Shown piece by piece: positions 30,192 through 40,105 of a stretch of 64,000 bases of DNA (its first letter is position 1; every line of letters starts with the position of its first letter). The translations under genes and the position numbers were made by a program. The stretch lies in contig CASFRM010000005.1 in the NCBI GenBank assembly GCA_949297185.1, positions 2,368 through 66,367 on the forward strand. Direction: 5' to 3'. This stretch comes from an uncultured Pseudomonadota bacterium (GTDB lineage Bacteria > Pseudomonadota > Alphaproteobacteria > RF32 > CAG-239). The notes under the pieces were generated by a model, which saw only the letters and a program-made list of their open reading frames with translations, did no database searches and was not told the DNA's origin.

Positions 30192-30260
30192 AAATTTGCA
30201 TTTAGGCTTTTGGATACCTATATATAATATCAGACAGAATAATAAAATTAGGAGGCAAAT

Positions 30261-30872
30261 ATGTCAGAAGTAAAACAAATCAAAAATTCCGAAGCCAAAA
30301 AGATAAGTGACAAAAAGACCAAGAGTTTAGCCGAAGGCAATACCAAAAAACTCACTCAAAGCAAGACCAGATCCAAAAAGATAAAACATTCCTACAAAGT
30401 CAAAGATGCCGAAAACTCTCTGGTTCTAAAACTAAAAGACGGCGATGTCGTAATTGAAATGTACCCTGATGCCGCTCCCAACCATGTTGCCAGAATTAAA
30501 GAGTTGGTTCGCCAAGGATTTTATAACGGCTTAAAATTTCACCGTGTTATAGACGGCTTTATGGCTCAAACCGGATGCCCCTACGGTACCGGAACCGGTG
30601 GTTCGGGCAAAAAATTAAAAGCCGAATTCAACCGCAATCCGCACAAACGCGGCACGGTTTCGATGGCTCGTTCCATGATGCCTGATTCTGCCGACAGTCA
30701 ATTTTTTATCTGCTTTGCCGACTGTCCGTGGCTTGACGGACAATACACCGTTTGGGGCGAAGTCACTTCGGGCATGGAATATGTTGATATGATCAAAAAA
30801 GGTGACGGAGCCAACGGTGAAGTCAAAAACCCCGATGAGATTATATCAATGGTAGTAGTTGCCGATATTTAA
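30261..30872 (+). CDS. Cyclophilin-type peptidyl-prolyl isomerase with Lys-rich N-terminal extension
   Basis: FHRVIDGFMAQTG, SMAR, SQFFI and LDGQYTVWG. Confidence 0.93.
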   Translation: MSEVKQIKNSEAKKISDKKTKSLAEGNTKKLTQSKTRSKKIKHSYKVKDAENSLVLKLKDGDVVIEMYPDAAPNHVARIKELVRQGFYNGLKFHRVIDGFMAQTGCPYGTGTGGSGKKLKAEFNRNPHKRGTVSMARSMMPDSADSQFFICFADCPWLDGQYTVWGEVTSGMEYVDMIKKGDGANGEVKNPDEIISMVVVADI

Positions 30873-30942
30873 AATATTAAATACCCCAACACCCAAAAAG
30901 ACCGCTTTTTAAGATTTTGCAATCTCAAAAAGCGGCCTTTCT

Positions 30943-31329
30943 TTATTCTTTGGTTTCCGCATTAAACGGCATGCAGAAAGCAAATACAACTGCGGGAACC
31001 ATCATCCACCAAAACGGATTACATCCGAACAAGTCGGCTATAACCCACTTTGCGATAATTAGTATAGCCAAAGCTATACCCATTATCATGTGGACTGGAG
31101 TCCCAATTTTTTGAGACTGGTGATATGGTATATCCCTACCTGCACACATCAGGCAAGCAATCACCACGAACCCCAGTCGCCACCAACCGCTTTCGGCTGA
31201 TATGCAAAACATACCAACGATAAAGACAGCGATGGTCAATAACTTATTAACGGTATCACCCTTAATGAAAAAGGTAATAACGGCTGCAATAAGCAATAAC
31301 GCATACGGCAGCAAATTTAATATATCCAT
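30943..31329 (-). CDS. Small multi-pass membrane protein
   Basis: 128-aa hydrophobic ORF. Confidence 0.6.
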   Translation of the reverse strand: MDILNLLPYALLLIAAVITFFIKGDTVNKLLTIAVFIVGMFCISAESGWWRLGFVVIACLMCAGRDIPYHQSQKIGTPVHMIMGIALAILIIAKWVIADLFGCNPFWWMMVPAVVFAFCMPFNAETKE

Positions 31330-31389
31330 ATCTATAATCTTTAGAACTTTATTATATCACAAATTTAGCCCATAAGCAAAACAAAAAAC

Positions 31390-33135
31390 TTACTCTTCTC
31401 TTTCAATCACCGGCCATTTACCATCGGCGATCTGCTCCAAAGTTTTGTTAGGCTTGCCAAACCGCAAATTATAAATCCAATAATTTGCCATCACTCTTTC
31501 AATATAAATTCTGGTTTCTGCCGCCGGTATTACCTCAATAAACAATAGCGGATCCCCGCCATACTTGGCATTTTTTTGCCATTTTACCAAATTTGTCGGT
31601 CCGCCGTTATAAGCCGTCAGCATATAAAACAAATTTCCCTCAATAAACGGCTTGTTTAACAAATAGTCCACATACATCTGCCCCAGCTGCAAATTATATT
31701 CCGGATTAAGCAATTTATCCTTATTTTGTTTTACCGACTTATCACCACTGACATGATATGCCGTATTCGGCATCAGCTGCATCAATCCTCGTGCACCGGC
31801 TCTGCTGGTCGCATTGTCCTTAAATGCTGATTCCTGCCTGATTAAAGCCAACACCAAAGCCTCATCAACTTTTAGGTCTTGCTCATCATACCACTTTGGC
31901 AACGGATAAAGCTCTTTATCATATTTTCCGGCCGGCAACGCTTCCCTCTTACTTCTGGCAATGGCAATCACCAACGAATGCATTCCTTCTTGTGTTGCAA
32001 TAAGAATCACCGCTTCTTTTTGCTTATCACTCAAGTTCTCATACACATTCCAAATTTCTCTCTCTGCCAACTCCTTCTGCTCAATTTCAATCAAGAGCAA
32101 AAATCTGACCATAGCTTCCGATTGTGTAATTTCATCAATATAATCATAAGTATCAAAGTCATTAATATAGCTGTCATCATCAAAAGCAAAATCCAAATTA
32201 CCGCTTAATTTATAAGCCGCCAATATCCCGTAAAAAGTATATTTGTATTTAGCCGCCTGTTTTAACATTTCTTGCGCTTTAAGGATATTCCCCGTTTTTT
32301 CATAAGCTCTTGCCGCCCAAAAAGCACCGGCAGCTACCAACCACTCATCTGAATTTTTAGAATTTCCCAATCTGGCAAAATAACTCGCCGCCTTTTTATA
32401 ATTTTTCAACTTCCACGAGGCCAAACCGGCTACCCAAGTTGCCGTTCCCGAATTATGCCTTTTTGAGGCTTTAATTCCCCATTCCAAAGCCTTTTTATCA
32501 TAATTGTCTACTAAATATTTAAGCGCCAGTGTCGCGGCCAATCCATCCCAATAAGGCTTTGGCGCCAATTTTTGAAACCTTTTATTTTCCAAGATTTGCC
32601 TTGCCGGCAAAGTTTTTCCTTTGGCAATATAAGAGCGGAATTTTTTACTCTGTTTAACCAAAAAGTTTCTATCAGAGGCACTCAATTTTTCTAAATATTT
32701 CAATGATATCTTTTTGGTTTCATCAACCTCCGATTCAAGATTTTTTTCACCTTGTATGTATGCGCATTTTTTGCGTTTACTCAATCGATAAAGCCTTTTT
32801 GCCTGCGGAAAATCTTCATAACCGAGCAGCCAATCCACCAATTCATCACAAGAAGTTTTATATTTGGCATGCAAATATTTTTCGGCCAACACATGCCCGA
32901 GCAAAATTTGATTATCAATTTTTGGAGTTAACTTATCAACTTTTTCAAAATCGCCTTTTTCAATATAATCAAACAGTTGTTTATATTTTTTAATATCGCT
33001 CTTTGACAAATCAAATTTTTCGGTAATTTTATCATATACTTCAGGCGTCAACACATTGACGGCAGCACGCCCATCACTTGCCAAAAACGAGCAAAGCAAG
33101 AACTGGATAAAGATTAAAAAGCTAAAGTGTTTCAT
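31390..33135 (-). CDS. Soluble lytic transglycosylase (SLT domain with TPR-like superhelix)
   Basis: IRQESAF, GARGLMQLMP.TA, AYNGGP and ETR.YI.RV. Start probably 33135. Confidence 0.92.
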   Translation of the reverse strand: MKHFSFLIFIQFLLCSFLASDGRAAVNVLTPEVYDKITEKFDLSKSDIKKYKQLFDYIEKGDFEKVDKLTPKIDNQILLGHVLAEKYLHAKYKTSCDELVDWLLGYEDFPQAKRLYRLSKRKKCAYIQGEKNLESEVDETKKISLKYLEKLSASDRNFLVKQSKKFRSYIAKGKTLPARQILENKRFQKLAPKPYWDGLAATLALKYLVDNYDKKALEWGIKASKRHNSGTATWVAGLASWKLKNYKKAASYFARLGNSKNSDEWLVAAGAFWAARAYEKTGNILKAQEMLKQAAKYKYTFYGILAAYKLSGNLDFAFDDDSYINDFDTYDYIDEITQSEAMVRFLLLIEIEQKELAEREIWNVYENLSDKQKEAVILIATQEGMHSLVIAIARSKREALPAGKYDKELYPLPKWYDEQDLKVDEALVLALIRQESAFKDNATSRAGARGLMQLMPNTAYHVSGDKSVKQNKDKLLNPEYNLQLGQMYVDYLLNKPFIEGNLFYMLTAYNGGPTNLVKWQKNAKYGGDPLLFIEVIPAAETRIYIERVMANYWIYNLRFGKPNKTLEQIADGKWPVIEREE

Positions 33136-33139
33136 TAAT

Positions 33140-33904
33140 CTATTTAGACAACCAAACAATTTTATTTGCACATTCGACTGCAGTCATTCCCTTAACCCGA
33201 CAACGATTTACTATAATATTCGGAGCCTTGTCCATGTTATAGCAACCATCACCGATTAAGGCATAGTTATAATAAGTCTGAGTATTTGGCATAACATCAG
33301 AAAAAGAAAGGGTTGTTGTCATATCCGGCCATACCAATTTTACATCTAAGCTGGTAATCTTTTGATCCAAATTTGAGAGTATATTAAACCTAACATTACA
33401 ACCGGCCGCAGATGAAATATAATTAGTGATTTCAAACTGATCATAAAACAAAAAGATATTTGAAACCTTCTTCATTCGCCCTTTTTCATCGACCTCAACA
33501 AAAGCCTGCCCACCTCTTTGCGAACCATCTACTGTCGGTGTATTCAGTCGATAAAGTTCGCCTTCGGGAATAAAAACATCTTCCTCTTCATTTTGCGGCA
33601 AAACCGGCCTAGGCGGCTCGGCATTGCCAAACCTCATTTTAGCATTAAACAAATCCTCTGGGTTAACTCTTTCTGTTTCATCGGTAACAAACGCATTTTG
33701 CACATCTAAAACAGTTTTATCAACAACTTCGGGCTCCTCTTTCTTTTCAGGTGCTGCGCTTGGTAGCTTCATTGCCGGCGCAATCTTTTGCGGAGCAGAC
33801 AAAGTATGTGCCGAGAATGTCTGCGCATAGGCTAAAGTTGCCGCCATAAAACCGCAGGTTAACGCCACTCCGCCAAGCAGATAGGATTTCACCACCTTTT
33901 TCAA
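33140..33904 (-). CDS. Exported hypothetical protein with a 4-Cys domain
   Basis: Signal peptide. C-terminal domain resembles 33905-34663. Confidence 0.7.
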   Translation of the reverse strand: MKKVVKSYLLGGVALTCGFMAATLAYAQTFSAHTLSAPQKIAPAMKLPSAAPEKKEEPEVVDKTVLDVQNAFVTDETERVNPEDLFNAKMRFGNAEPPRPVLPQNEEEDVFIPEGELYRLNTPTVDGSQRGGQAFVEVDEKGRMKKVSNIFLFYDQFEITNYISSAAGCNVRFNILSNLDQKITSLDVKLVWPDMTTTLSFSDVMPNTQTYYNYALIGDGCYNMDKAPNIIVNRCRVKGMTAVECANKIVWLSK

Positions 33905-34663
33905 CTAGTTTCCCTCATTTGTAGAAGTTGTAGTCTGACTTTCGGAAGCACTGTTTTTATCTTCCTTAGTCGTAATACTTTCAATAGTTGCAGAAGCATC
34001 GGCAATCATTTTATCAACTTCTTTTCTCATATTTGCCATTTCTTCGTCTTCAATGACGATTTGTTTATCATAAGAAGTTTCTTTAAACTCGGTATAATAC
34101 TCCGGCATTTTTGGACTTACATATTGGAAGATATTGGCGCACTGATCTTTACTTGTTTTTCCGCTCACGGCCAAAGTACCGCAATTATTTACCGTAACTT
34201 CCATATCATTAAGCAACAAGAAGCATCTATCGGTATCGACTTGAGTTTTCATAGATATTTGTTGCATTGATTTAATCGGTGGCAACTTAACATTAAGATC
34301 GATTGTTTTAGAATTAAAGCTTGCCGTAGAATATCTTGAACGAGCAGCTCTCGGAGCGATTCTTCTTTTTTCTTTATCTTCTCTTTCTTCCAAATCTATC
34401 ATATCAGAAACGACTTCGTCTTCCCAACGCAAAGTAATTGACATATTTGAAACATCGGCATTGGTACGATTAAAGAAGGTAGCACCTATATTGCAATGTA
34501 AAACTTTTCCGTCGGCATTTTTTTCAGGAATGACATCATGAATTTTAAACAAAATCTCTCCGACGCCAGTATCTTCTTTTTCTGCAGCCAAAGCCGGATT
34601 AACCATCAGCACGGCAGCAGACACGCCCAACATTTTCACAAAAGAATCAAACCCTTTAATCAT
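33905..34663 (-). CDS. Exported hypothetical protein with a 4-Cys domain
   Basis: GGAG RBS and signal peptide. Paralogous domain with 33140-33904. Confidence 0.75.
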   Translation of the reverse strand: MIKGFDSFVKMLGVSAAVLMVNPALAAEKEDTGVGEILFKIHDVIPEKNADGKVLHCNIGATFFNRTNADVSNMSITLRWEDEVVSDMIDLEEREDKEKRRIAPRAARSRYSTASFNSKTIDLNVKLPPIKSMQQISMKTQVDTDRCFLLLNDMEVTVNNCGTLAVSGKTSKDQCANIFQYVSPKMPEYYTEFKETSYDKQIVIEDEEMANMRKEVDKMIADASATIESITTKEDKNSASESQTTTSTNEGN

Positions 34664-34760
34664 ATTTGCGTCAACTCCTTAAACTATAAAAGACCCATTA
34701 CAAACATAATATAAGAAAAAATCTAAAAAACCATTAAATATTAAAAAAAATGCTATCTTG

Positions 34761-35531
34761 TTAATTGTTTTTATCAATTTCGTTTTTAAGCCGCAACACA
34801 TCTGCCCACATTTTAGCCTTTTGAGCAGGTGTTCTCAGCAAATAAGCTGGGTGATATCCGACCATGACCTTAATATTTCTGCCGTCATCAGCGGTATAAT
34901 CCATCCATTTTCCTCTTAGTTTTGAGACAGTCTCCGAAATTTCCAACAGTGAATTAGCGGCAACCGCTCCCAAAGTAAAAATATAATTAGGCTTAACAAT
35001 CTCGATTTGTTTTTTCAAAAACGGCAGGCATATTGCAATTTCGGCATCAGAAGGAGCTCTGTTTCCTGGCGGACGCCAAGGCAATATATTGCATATATAG
35101 CAATGTTCTCTATCCAAACCTATGGCCGCCAAAATTTTATTTAACAACTGACCGCTTCTGCCCACAAAAGCCTTTCCTATCATATCTTCTTCGGCTCCGG
35201 GAGCTTCACCGATAAACATAATTTTTGCCTTTGGATTACCATCGCCGATAACTGTATTTTTAGCATTATATTTCAAAGCGCATCCGTCAAAATTTTCGAC
35301 AATTCTTTTAAGCTCTTCCATAGATGATATATTTTGACACAATGCCGCAGCGCTTTTAACCGATTCGATACCAGCCACCGCAGAATAAGGAATTTTATTT
35401 TTTGCGATTTCGATTTTTTCTTCCGGAACAGGCTTCATACAAGTATACGGCTCATCACCGCAAGTTTCATCAACTCCGGACAAAATATAAAAATCCAAAC
35501 AATCTTTCAAATTCAATGTATTCTCACTCAT
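34761..35531 (-). CDS. Uracil-DNA glycosylase family 4
   Basis: GEAPG, FVGRSG.LL, RPP.NR and HPAYLLR. Confidence 0.93.
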   Translation of the reverse strand: MSENTLNLKDCLDFYILSGVDETCGDEPYTCMKPVPEEKIEIAKNKIPYSAVAGIESVKSAAALCQNISSMEELKRIVENFDGCALKYNAKNTVIGDGNPKAKIMFIGEAPGAEEDMIGKAFVGRSGQLLNKILAAIGLDREHCYICNILPWRPPGNRAPSDAEIAICLPFLKKQIEIVKPNYIFTLGAVAANSLLEISETVSKLRGKWMDYTADDGRNIKVMVGYHPAYLLRTPAQKAKMWADVLRLKNEIDKNN

Positions 35532-35684
35532 GCGTTAAATTTAAGTCAAATATAAGCCATAAGCAAGAATAAACATTTATTTGCACAAATTTAATGATAT
35601 ATTTATAAAGGTATTGTATGATTGCAAAACATTTGTAATAATAGTTGACTGTAAACAATCAGAAAATCACGAGAAATTTTGACA

Positions 35685-37487
35685 ATGAGCAAAATAAGTT
35701 TTTTATCAATTTTAATGGTCTCCACGGCTCTTTTTGTATCATGCTCACCGATTGTAAATGAGCATGACACAACTGTACCGGTAAAACAAGAAACGACAGC
35801 ACAACTAGATTCCAATTCTTACGGTGCCTATCTATCCGGAATGGTTGCTCAAATACGCAAAGATTACGACGGCGCAGCCGATTATTACAAAATTGCCAGC
35901 GACAAAGATCCCGACAACATAGAATTGATAAATCGCCTCTACATTTTGCTAACATCAAAAGGACGCGTTGAAGAAGCTGCCGTCTACGCCGACAAAGCCA
36001 TAGCCCTAAACACGGACAATAATTTTGCCCACATTCTTGTTGCAGCCAAACAACTCCATGACGGCAACTATAAAGCTTCATTGACAACGACAGAAAAGAT
36101 TAAAGAACCCACCTACAGTGCTCTTATGGTACCTGTTATAAATGCGTGGAACTATGCCGGCATGGGCGAAGAGAACAAAGCTTTTACTGAGCTCAAAAAA
36201 CTAAAAAAAGAAAAAGGCTTTATTCACTTATACAACCAACAACGAGCCATGCTCTTAGACTATTTCAATCAAACTACTGAGGCCGAAAAGGCATATGAGA
36301 AAATGCTACAAGACAAAAACGGCGAAATATCGGTAAGGATGCTTGAATTAGTAACCAATTTCTATATCCGCAACAATCAAAAAGACAAAGCCGTTGTTAT
36401 GATGAACACAATGGTTAATGGGCAATATCTCGACAACCTTCTGGGAGCTCTCAAAAATAAAGTAAACAAGGCCGAACCTGAGAATACCAAACCCATACTA
36501 AACAGTGCTCAAATTGGTGCTGCCGAAGCTCTGTTTTCCATTGCATCTTCTTACTACCAAGAAGAATCTCTTGATGTTGCACACCTATATACCGCCCTTA
36601 CCATATACATGAATCCCGACTACCACACTGCCAAAATTTTAATGGCTGATATTTATGAAACGAGGGAAATGTACGATGATGCCAACAAGATATACGACGG
36701 CATTAACTCCGATGACATTGCATATTATCCGGCGCAACTAAAAAAAGCCCGCAACATGATTAAGCAAGACGACTACAAAGGAGCCGAGATATTACTTGAG
36801 AGTCTAAACGAGGACTACGACGATATCAACATATATATGGAACTTGGAGATGTTCTAAGACTAAACGGTCGCAATACCGAAGCCATAGAATACTATGATA
36901 AAGCCATAAGCAAAGCCGACAACAATGTCACCCTATGGGTTCTATACTATGCCAAAGGCATCTCGCTGGAAAAACTTGGTCGCATGGAAGAAGCCGAAGA
37001 ATATCTGCTCAAAGCCTACAATATAAATCGCCACTTTTTAGTACTAAACCACATAGGTTATAGCTGGATAAAGCAAGGCAAAAAAGTAAATGAAGCTTTT
37101 GAAATGATAGTTTCGGCATACAACCAAGCTCCTTTTGACCCCAACATAAACGACAGTCTGGGTTTTGCTTTATATAACCTAGGCTATTATAACATGTCGC
37201 TAAAATATATGGAAAAAGCAGCCGATATGTATCCATCTTCTGCAGTTATCAACTCACACTTAGGCGATGCTTATTGGTTAGCCGGTCGTAAAAACGAGGC
37301 CAGATTCCAGTGGCAACATGCTCTTCAGTTAAAAGACGATACCGGTGAATTAGACCGCAAAGAAACAAAAAATAAACTCCGCAACGGCATAAAAAAAGCT
37401 CCGGAATTGAACTACGATAAAGACAAGATCGAACAGGCCATAAAGAAGATTCGAAAAACCGGCAAACAATCATCCGTAAAACTGTAA
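35685..37487 (+). CDS. Tetratricopeptide-repeat lipoprotein
   Basis: LFVSC lipobox, YGAYL.G, LN.IGYSW, DSLG and HLGDAYW..GRK.EARFQW. Confidence 0.88.
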   Translation: MSKISFLSILMVSTALFVSCSPIVNEHDTTVPVKQETTAQLDSNSYGAYLSGMVAQIRKDYDGAADYYKIASDKDPDNIELINRLYILLTSKGRVEEAAVYADKAIALNTDNNFAHILVAAKQLHDGNYKASLTTTEKIKEPTYSALMVPVINAWNYAGMGEENKAFTELKKLKKEKGFIHLYNQQRAMLLDYFNQTTEAEKAYEKMLQDKNGEISVRMLELVTNFYIRNNQKDKAVVMMNTMVNGQYLDNLLGALKNKVNKAEPENTKPILNSAQIGAAEALFSIASSYYQEESLDVAHLYTALTIYMNPDYHTAKILMADIYETREMYDDANKIYDGINSDDIAYYPAQLKKARNMIKQDDYKGAEILLESLNEDYDDINIYMELGDVLRLNGRNTEAIEYYDKAISKADNNVTLWVLYYAKGISLEKLGRMEEAEEYLLKAYNINRHFLVLNHIGYSWIKQGKKVNEAFEMIVSAYNQAPFDPNINDSLGFALYNLGYYNMSLKYMEKAADMYPSSAVINSHLGDAYWLAGRKNEARFQWQHALQLKDDTGELDRKETKNKLRNGIKKAPELNYDKDKIEQAIKKIRKTGKQSSVKL

Positions 37488-37497
37488 GTATTTTACC

Positions 37498-37544
37498 GCC
37501 TTAAATGGGTTTTCTGTATTAGTTCCCCTTTATACGCCGTTTTA
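37498..37544 (+). repeat. Right-arm fragment of the ~122-bp hairpin element
   Basis: GCCTTAAATGGGTTTTCTGTATTAGTTCCCCTTTATACGCCGTTTTA closely matches the 3' arms ending at 57817 and 62162. Confidence 0.8.
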
Positions 37545-39404
37545 AAACAAACTCAAGACACTGCGTGCTGATTGCGAGGCTAGAGATAGTGAATTAATCG
37601 CCAACTGTTGACGAGTCTGTAAGGTTAAGTATTCGGCGCTGGCTTCATTCATATCGGCCAAGGTTAAATTATCGGCTCCGGTTTCCAATACATCGGTCAT
37701 AGCTTCAGTAAAATTAATACGGGTTTTAATTACCGAATAATGATTGCCAAATTCTTCTTGAAACGAACGGATTGAACTAACCGCTTTGGTTATTTCTTCC
37801 AATGATTTTTTGATTGCCGACATATCGGATAATGTTCTCGTTTCTAAACCAAGCGACACACTGTCTACCAAAACACCGGCAATGCTGTATTTACTAGAAC
37901 GACTTTCGTTAAAAGTAACTTCCAAATTTCCACCCTTGAGCAGATTAATTCCCTGATACGAGCTATCGCTCAATAAGTTGTCATATTCTTCCAATATCTT
38001 TTTATATTGCTCGGAATATTTTTTATTTGTTTTATCGGCTTGATACTCCATCACTCGCGAGCTGTTTTCCGCCAACATATCCGCAAGTCCTTCCGGCTGT
38101 GCTACACCAGTCGCAATCACAGTCGAATTAGGCGGTTCTTTTATTGCAGATGCTGTAATATTATCATTAACATCATCATTTATTTCATAAACTTTTCCGT
38201 TTACCGTAATTTTAGCTCCTTTAACTGCCTGAAAATTTGTTCCTCCCGATGGTGGGCTAGCAACAAAAATATTAGAAATGTTTAATTTAACTTTTGATGA
38301 AGTTAAATTTATATTCTTCACACCATAAAAAGCCCAAGTAACATTCATTTCAGCAGATGACTTATCATAAAAACTTATACTTTTATATGCAACACCCGCA
38401 CCACTTGATTTTAAAAACAATTTGCTATTATCATAAAAATTAGAAGTACATCTCACCAAACACCAACGACCAGCCGAAACTTTTAACTGCCCATCATTAT
38501 AAGCATTAACAGTACAACTATTTAATCCATAAGCATCCTGTCCGCGCAAATCAATTTCCAAACTACCTTCAACATTTACAACTGCCGAATTTAACCCTTG
38601 CGAAGTTGCTCGCACATTACTTTTTTCATAAATAGAATTATTTCCAGTAAAGGTCAATTGTCCTGCATATATTCCTGTAGTATTACTATTAGTTTCCATC
38701 ATCAAATCAAGATTATGAATAGCAATTTCAGCATTATAACTATTTGCTTGCAATACCTGTAAAGCTTTACCAGCCGCCGATACAGCCTTAACCGATAAAT
38801 CACTGATTTGATTATTACCATTAAGTCTTATGGCATAGTTTGTAGTAATATTATTTGCCGCAATATCAAAACTAAGCTGCGAGTATTTATCTTTATCGGG
38901 TTGAGCAATACCGAATTTACCAACCCCAACTAAGTTTTGCCCATCTTTTAGGGTAAAGCTTTCTTCGCATTCTATATTGCCGTAAATAACAATATCGCCC
39001 TTAACACCGGAATTAATCGCGGCTTTTAGCTCTTGCCAGTTAGATACCACCGCCGCCACTCCATCTTGAGCTGCAAACCATTCTTTTTCCGGCACCGCAA
39101 CCGTCATCGCCTCATTAACTACCGCGGTTGCTTGCTCCAAAAATTCCGCTCCCGAGGTCAATCCTTGGGTCGCCGCTTCGATAGTTTGGATACCTTGGCT
39201 CATGGCGTCGAGCAACGCGGTTAAATCAGCCGCCCGATTGGTCAGAGAACGAGCTTGGTAATAGGCGGACGCATTATCTATCGCCGAGTTCACTTTCTTT
39301 CCCGTCGCTAATATCAGCTGAGTTTTATCCATTTGTTTGGAGATATTTCTCAAACTTAGCAAATTATTGCGCATTGAGGCGTTTAAGGTGATATTGTTAT
39401 TCAT
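37542..39404 (-). CDS. Flagellin-like protein with a ~350-aa central insert
   Basis: N-terminal ITLNASMRNNLLSL...LATGKKVNSAID; C-terminal DSSYQGINLL...GADNLTLADMNE...RQQLA..SLSLA...SVLSLF. GGAGG RBS. Confidence 0.85.
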   Translation of the reverse strand: MNNNITLNASMRNNLLSLRNISKQMDKTQLILATGKKVNSAIDNASAYYQARSLTNRAADLTALLDAMSQGIQTIEAATQGLTSGAEFLEQATAVVNEAMTVAVPEKEWFAAQDGVAAVVSNWQELKAAINSGVKGDIVIYGNIECEESFTLKDGQNLVGVGKFGIAQPDKDKYSQLSFDIAANNITTNYAIRLNGNNQISDLSVKAVSAAGKALQVLQANSYNAEIAIHNLDLMMETNSNTTGIYAGQLTFTGNNSIYEKSNVRATSQGLNSAVVNVEGSLEIDLRGQDAYGLNSCTVNAYNDGQLKVSAGRWCLVRCTSNFYDNSKLFLKSSGAGVAYKSISFYDKSSAEMNVTWAFYGVKNINLTSSKVKLNISNIFVASPPSGGTNFQAVKGAKITVNGKVYEINDDVNDNITASAIKEPPNSTVIATGVAQPEGLADMLAENSSRVMEYQADKTNKKYSEQYKKILEEYDNLLSDSSYQGINLLKGGNLEVTFNESRSSKYSIAGVLVDSVSLGLETRTLSDMSAIKKSLEEITKAVSSIRSFQEEFGNHYSVIKTRINFTEAMTDVLETGADNLTLADMNEASAEYLTLQTRQQLAINSLSLASQSARSVLSLF

Positions 39405-39660
39405 CTCTCACCTCCCGCCCATTCGCGATAAATCATATCATTTTGGCTAAGTCGATTCGCATGTATTTTAAACGCAACAAAACTTTCCGCCATATCATAG
39501 CAGAAAGCCCACAATTCCTCATTACAGAGGCTATGTCTCAATCCTTGTGACAACATTCTTGTTGCGTCCTTATATCTTATTTCCTTAAGAAAATCCCGTA
39601 TGGATAGCTACTCCATACGGGTCAATTATACCAAATTTTTATTTAAAAAGATATTAATTT

Positions 39661-40101
39661 TTATACCATTTTAGCCATCAAATCCTTTGGTATTCTAACC
39701 GGCTTTTTAGTAGCAAGCGACAAATGCGCCGCCTTAACATCAATACTTACCAAAAGCTCGTTATTTCTGGTAATTTCTTGATGCATAATTACCGTAACTC
39801 CACCCATATTCGTAATCTTGCAACTAACCAACAATTCGTCATCAAGTACCGCAGGTTTCAAATAGTCTACTTCACAATGTCTGACTACCCAACCTGTCTT
39901 TTCTTCTTGTTGCAAATCTTCTTGTTGCTTAGCCCCCAAATAACGCAAATATTCCGATCTTGCCCGCTCGGCAAATTTAAGATAATTTGCATAATACACA
40001 ATTCCGCCGGCATCGGTATCTTCATAATATACCCTAACCGGAAACAAAAAAACTCCGTCAACCAATTCGCCGGTAGTCGGCATAAGCGGTTTTACTATCA
40101 T
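39661..40101 (-). CDS. ybgC: YbgC/FadM acyl-CoA thioesterase
   Basis: RVYYEDTDAGGIVYYANYLKFAERAR, downstream of ruvB. Confidence 0.9.
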   Translation of the reverse strand: MIVKPLMPTTGELVDGVFLFPVRVYYEDTDAGGIVYYANYLKFAERARSEYLRYLGAKQQEDLQQEEKTGWVVRHCEVDYLKPAVLDDELLVSCKITNMGGVTVIMHQEITRNNELLVSIDVKAAHLSLATKKPVRIPKDLMAKMV

Positions 40102-40105
40102 ATCT

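Noticed and set aside
34761-35531. Prophage marker (family 4 UDG is often labelled phage SPO1 polymerase-related)
   Set aside because: It is a normal chromosomal repair gene, and no phage genes are nearby.
39540-39600. c-di-GMP-I riboswitch upstream of the flagellin (GGACGCAA)
   Set aside because: No upstream GGCAAA or GNRA-capped P2 stem is present.
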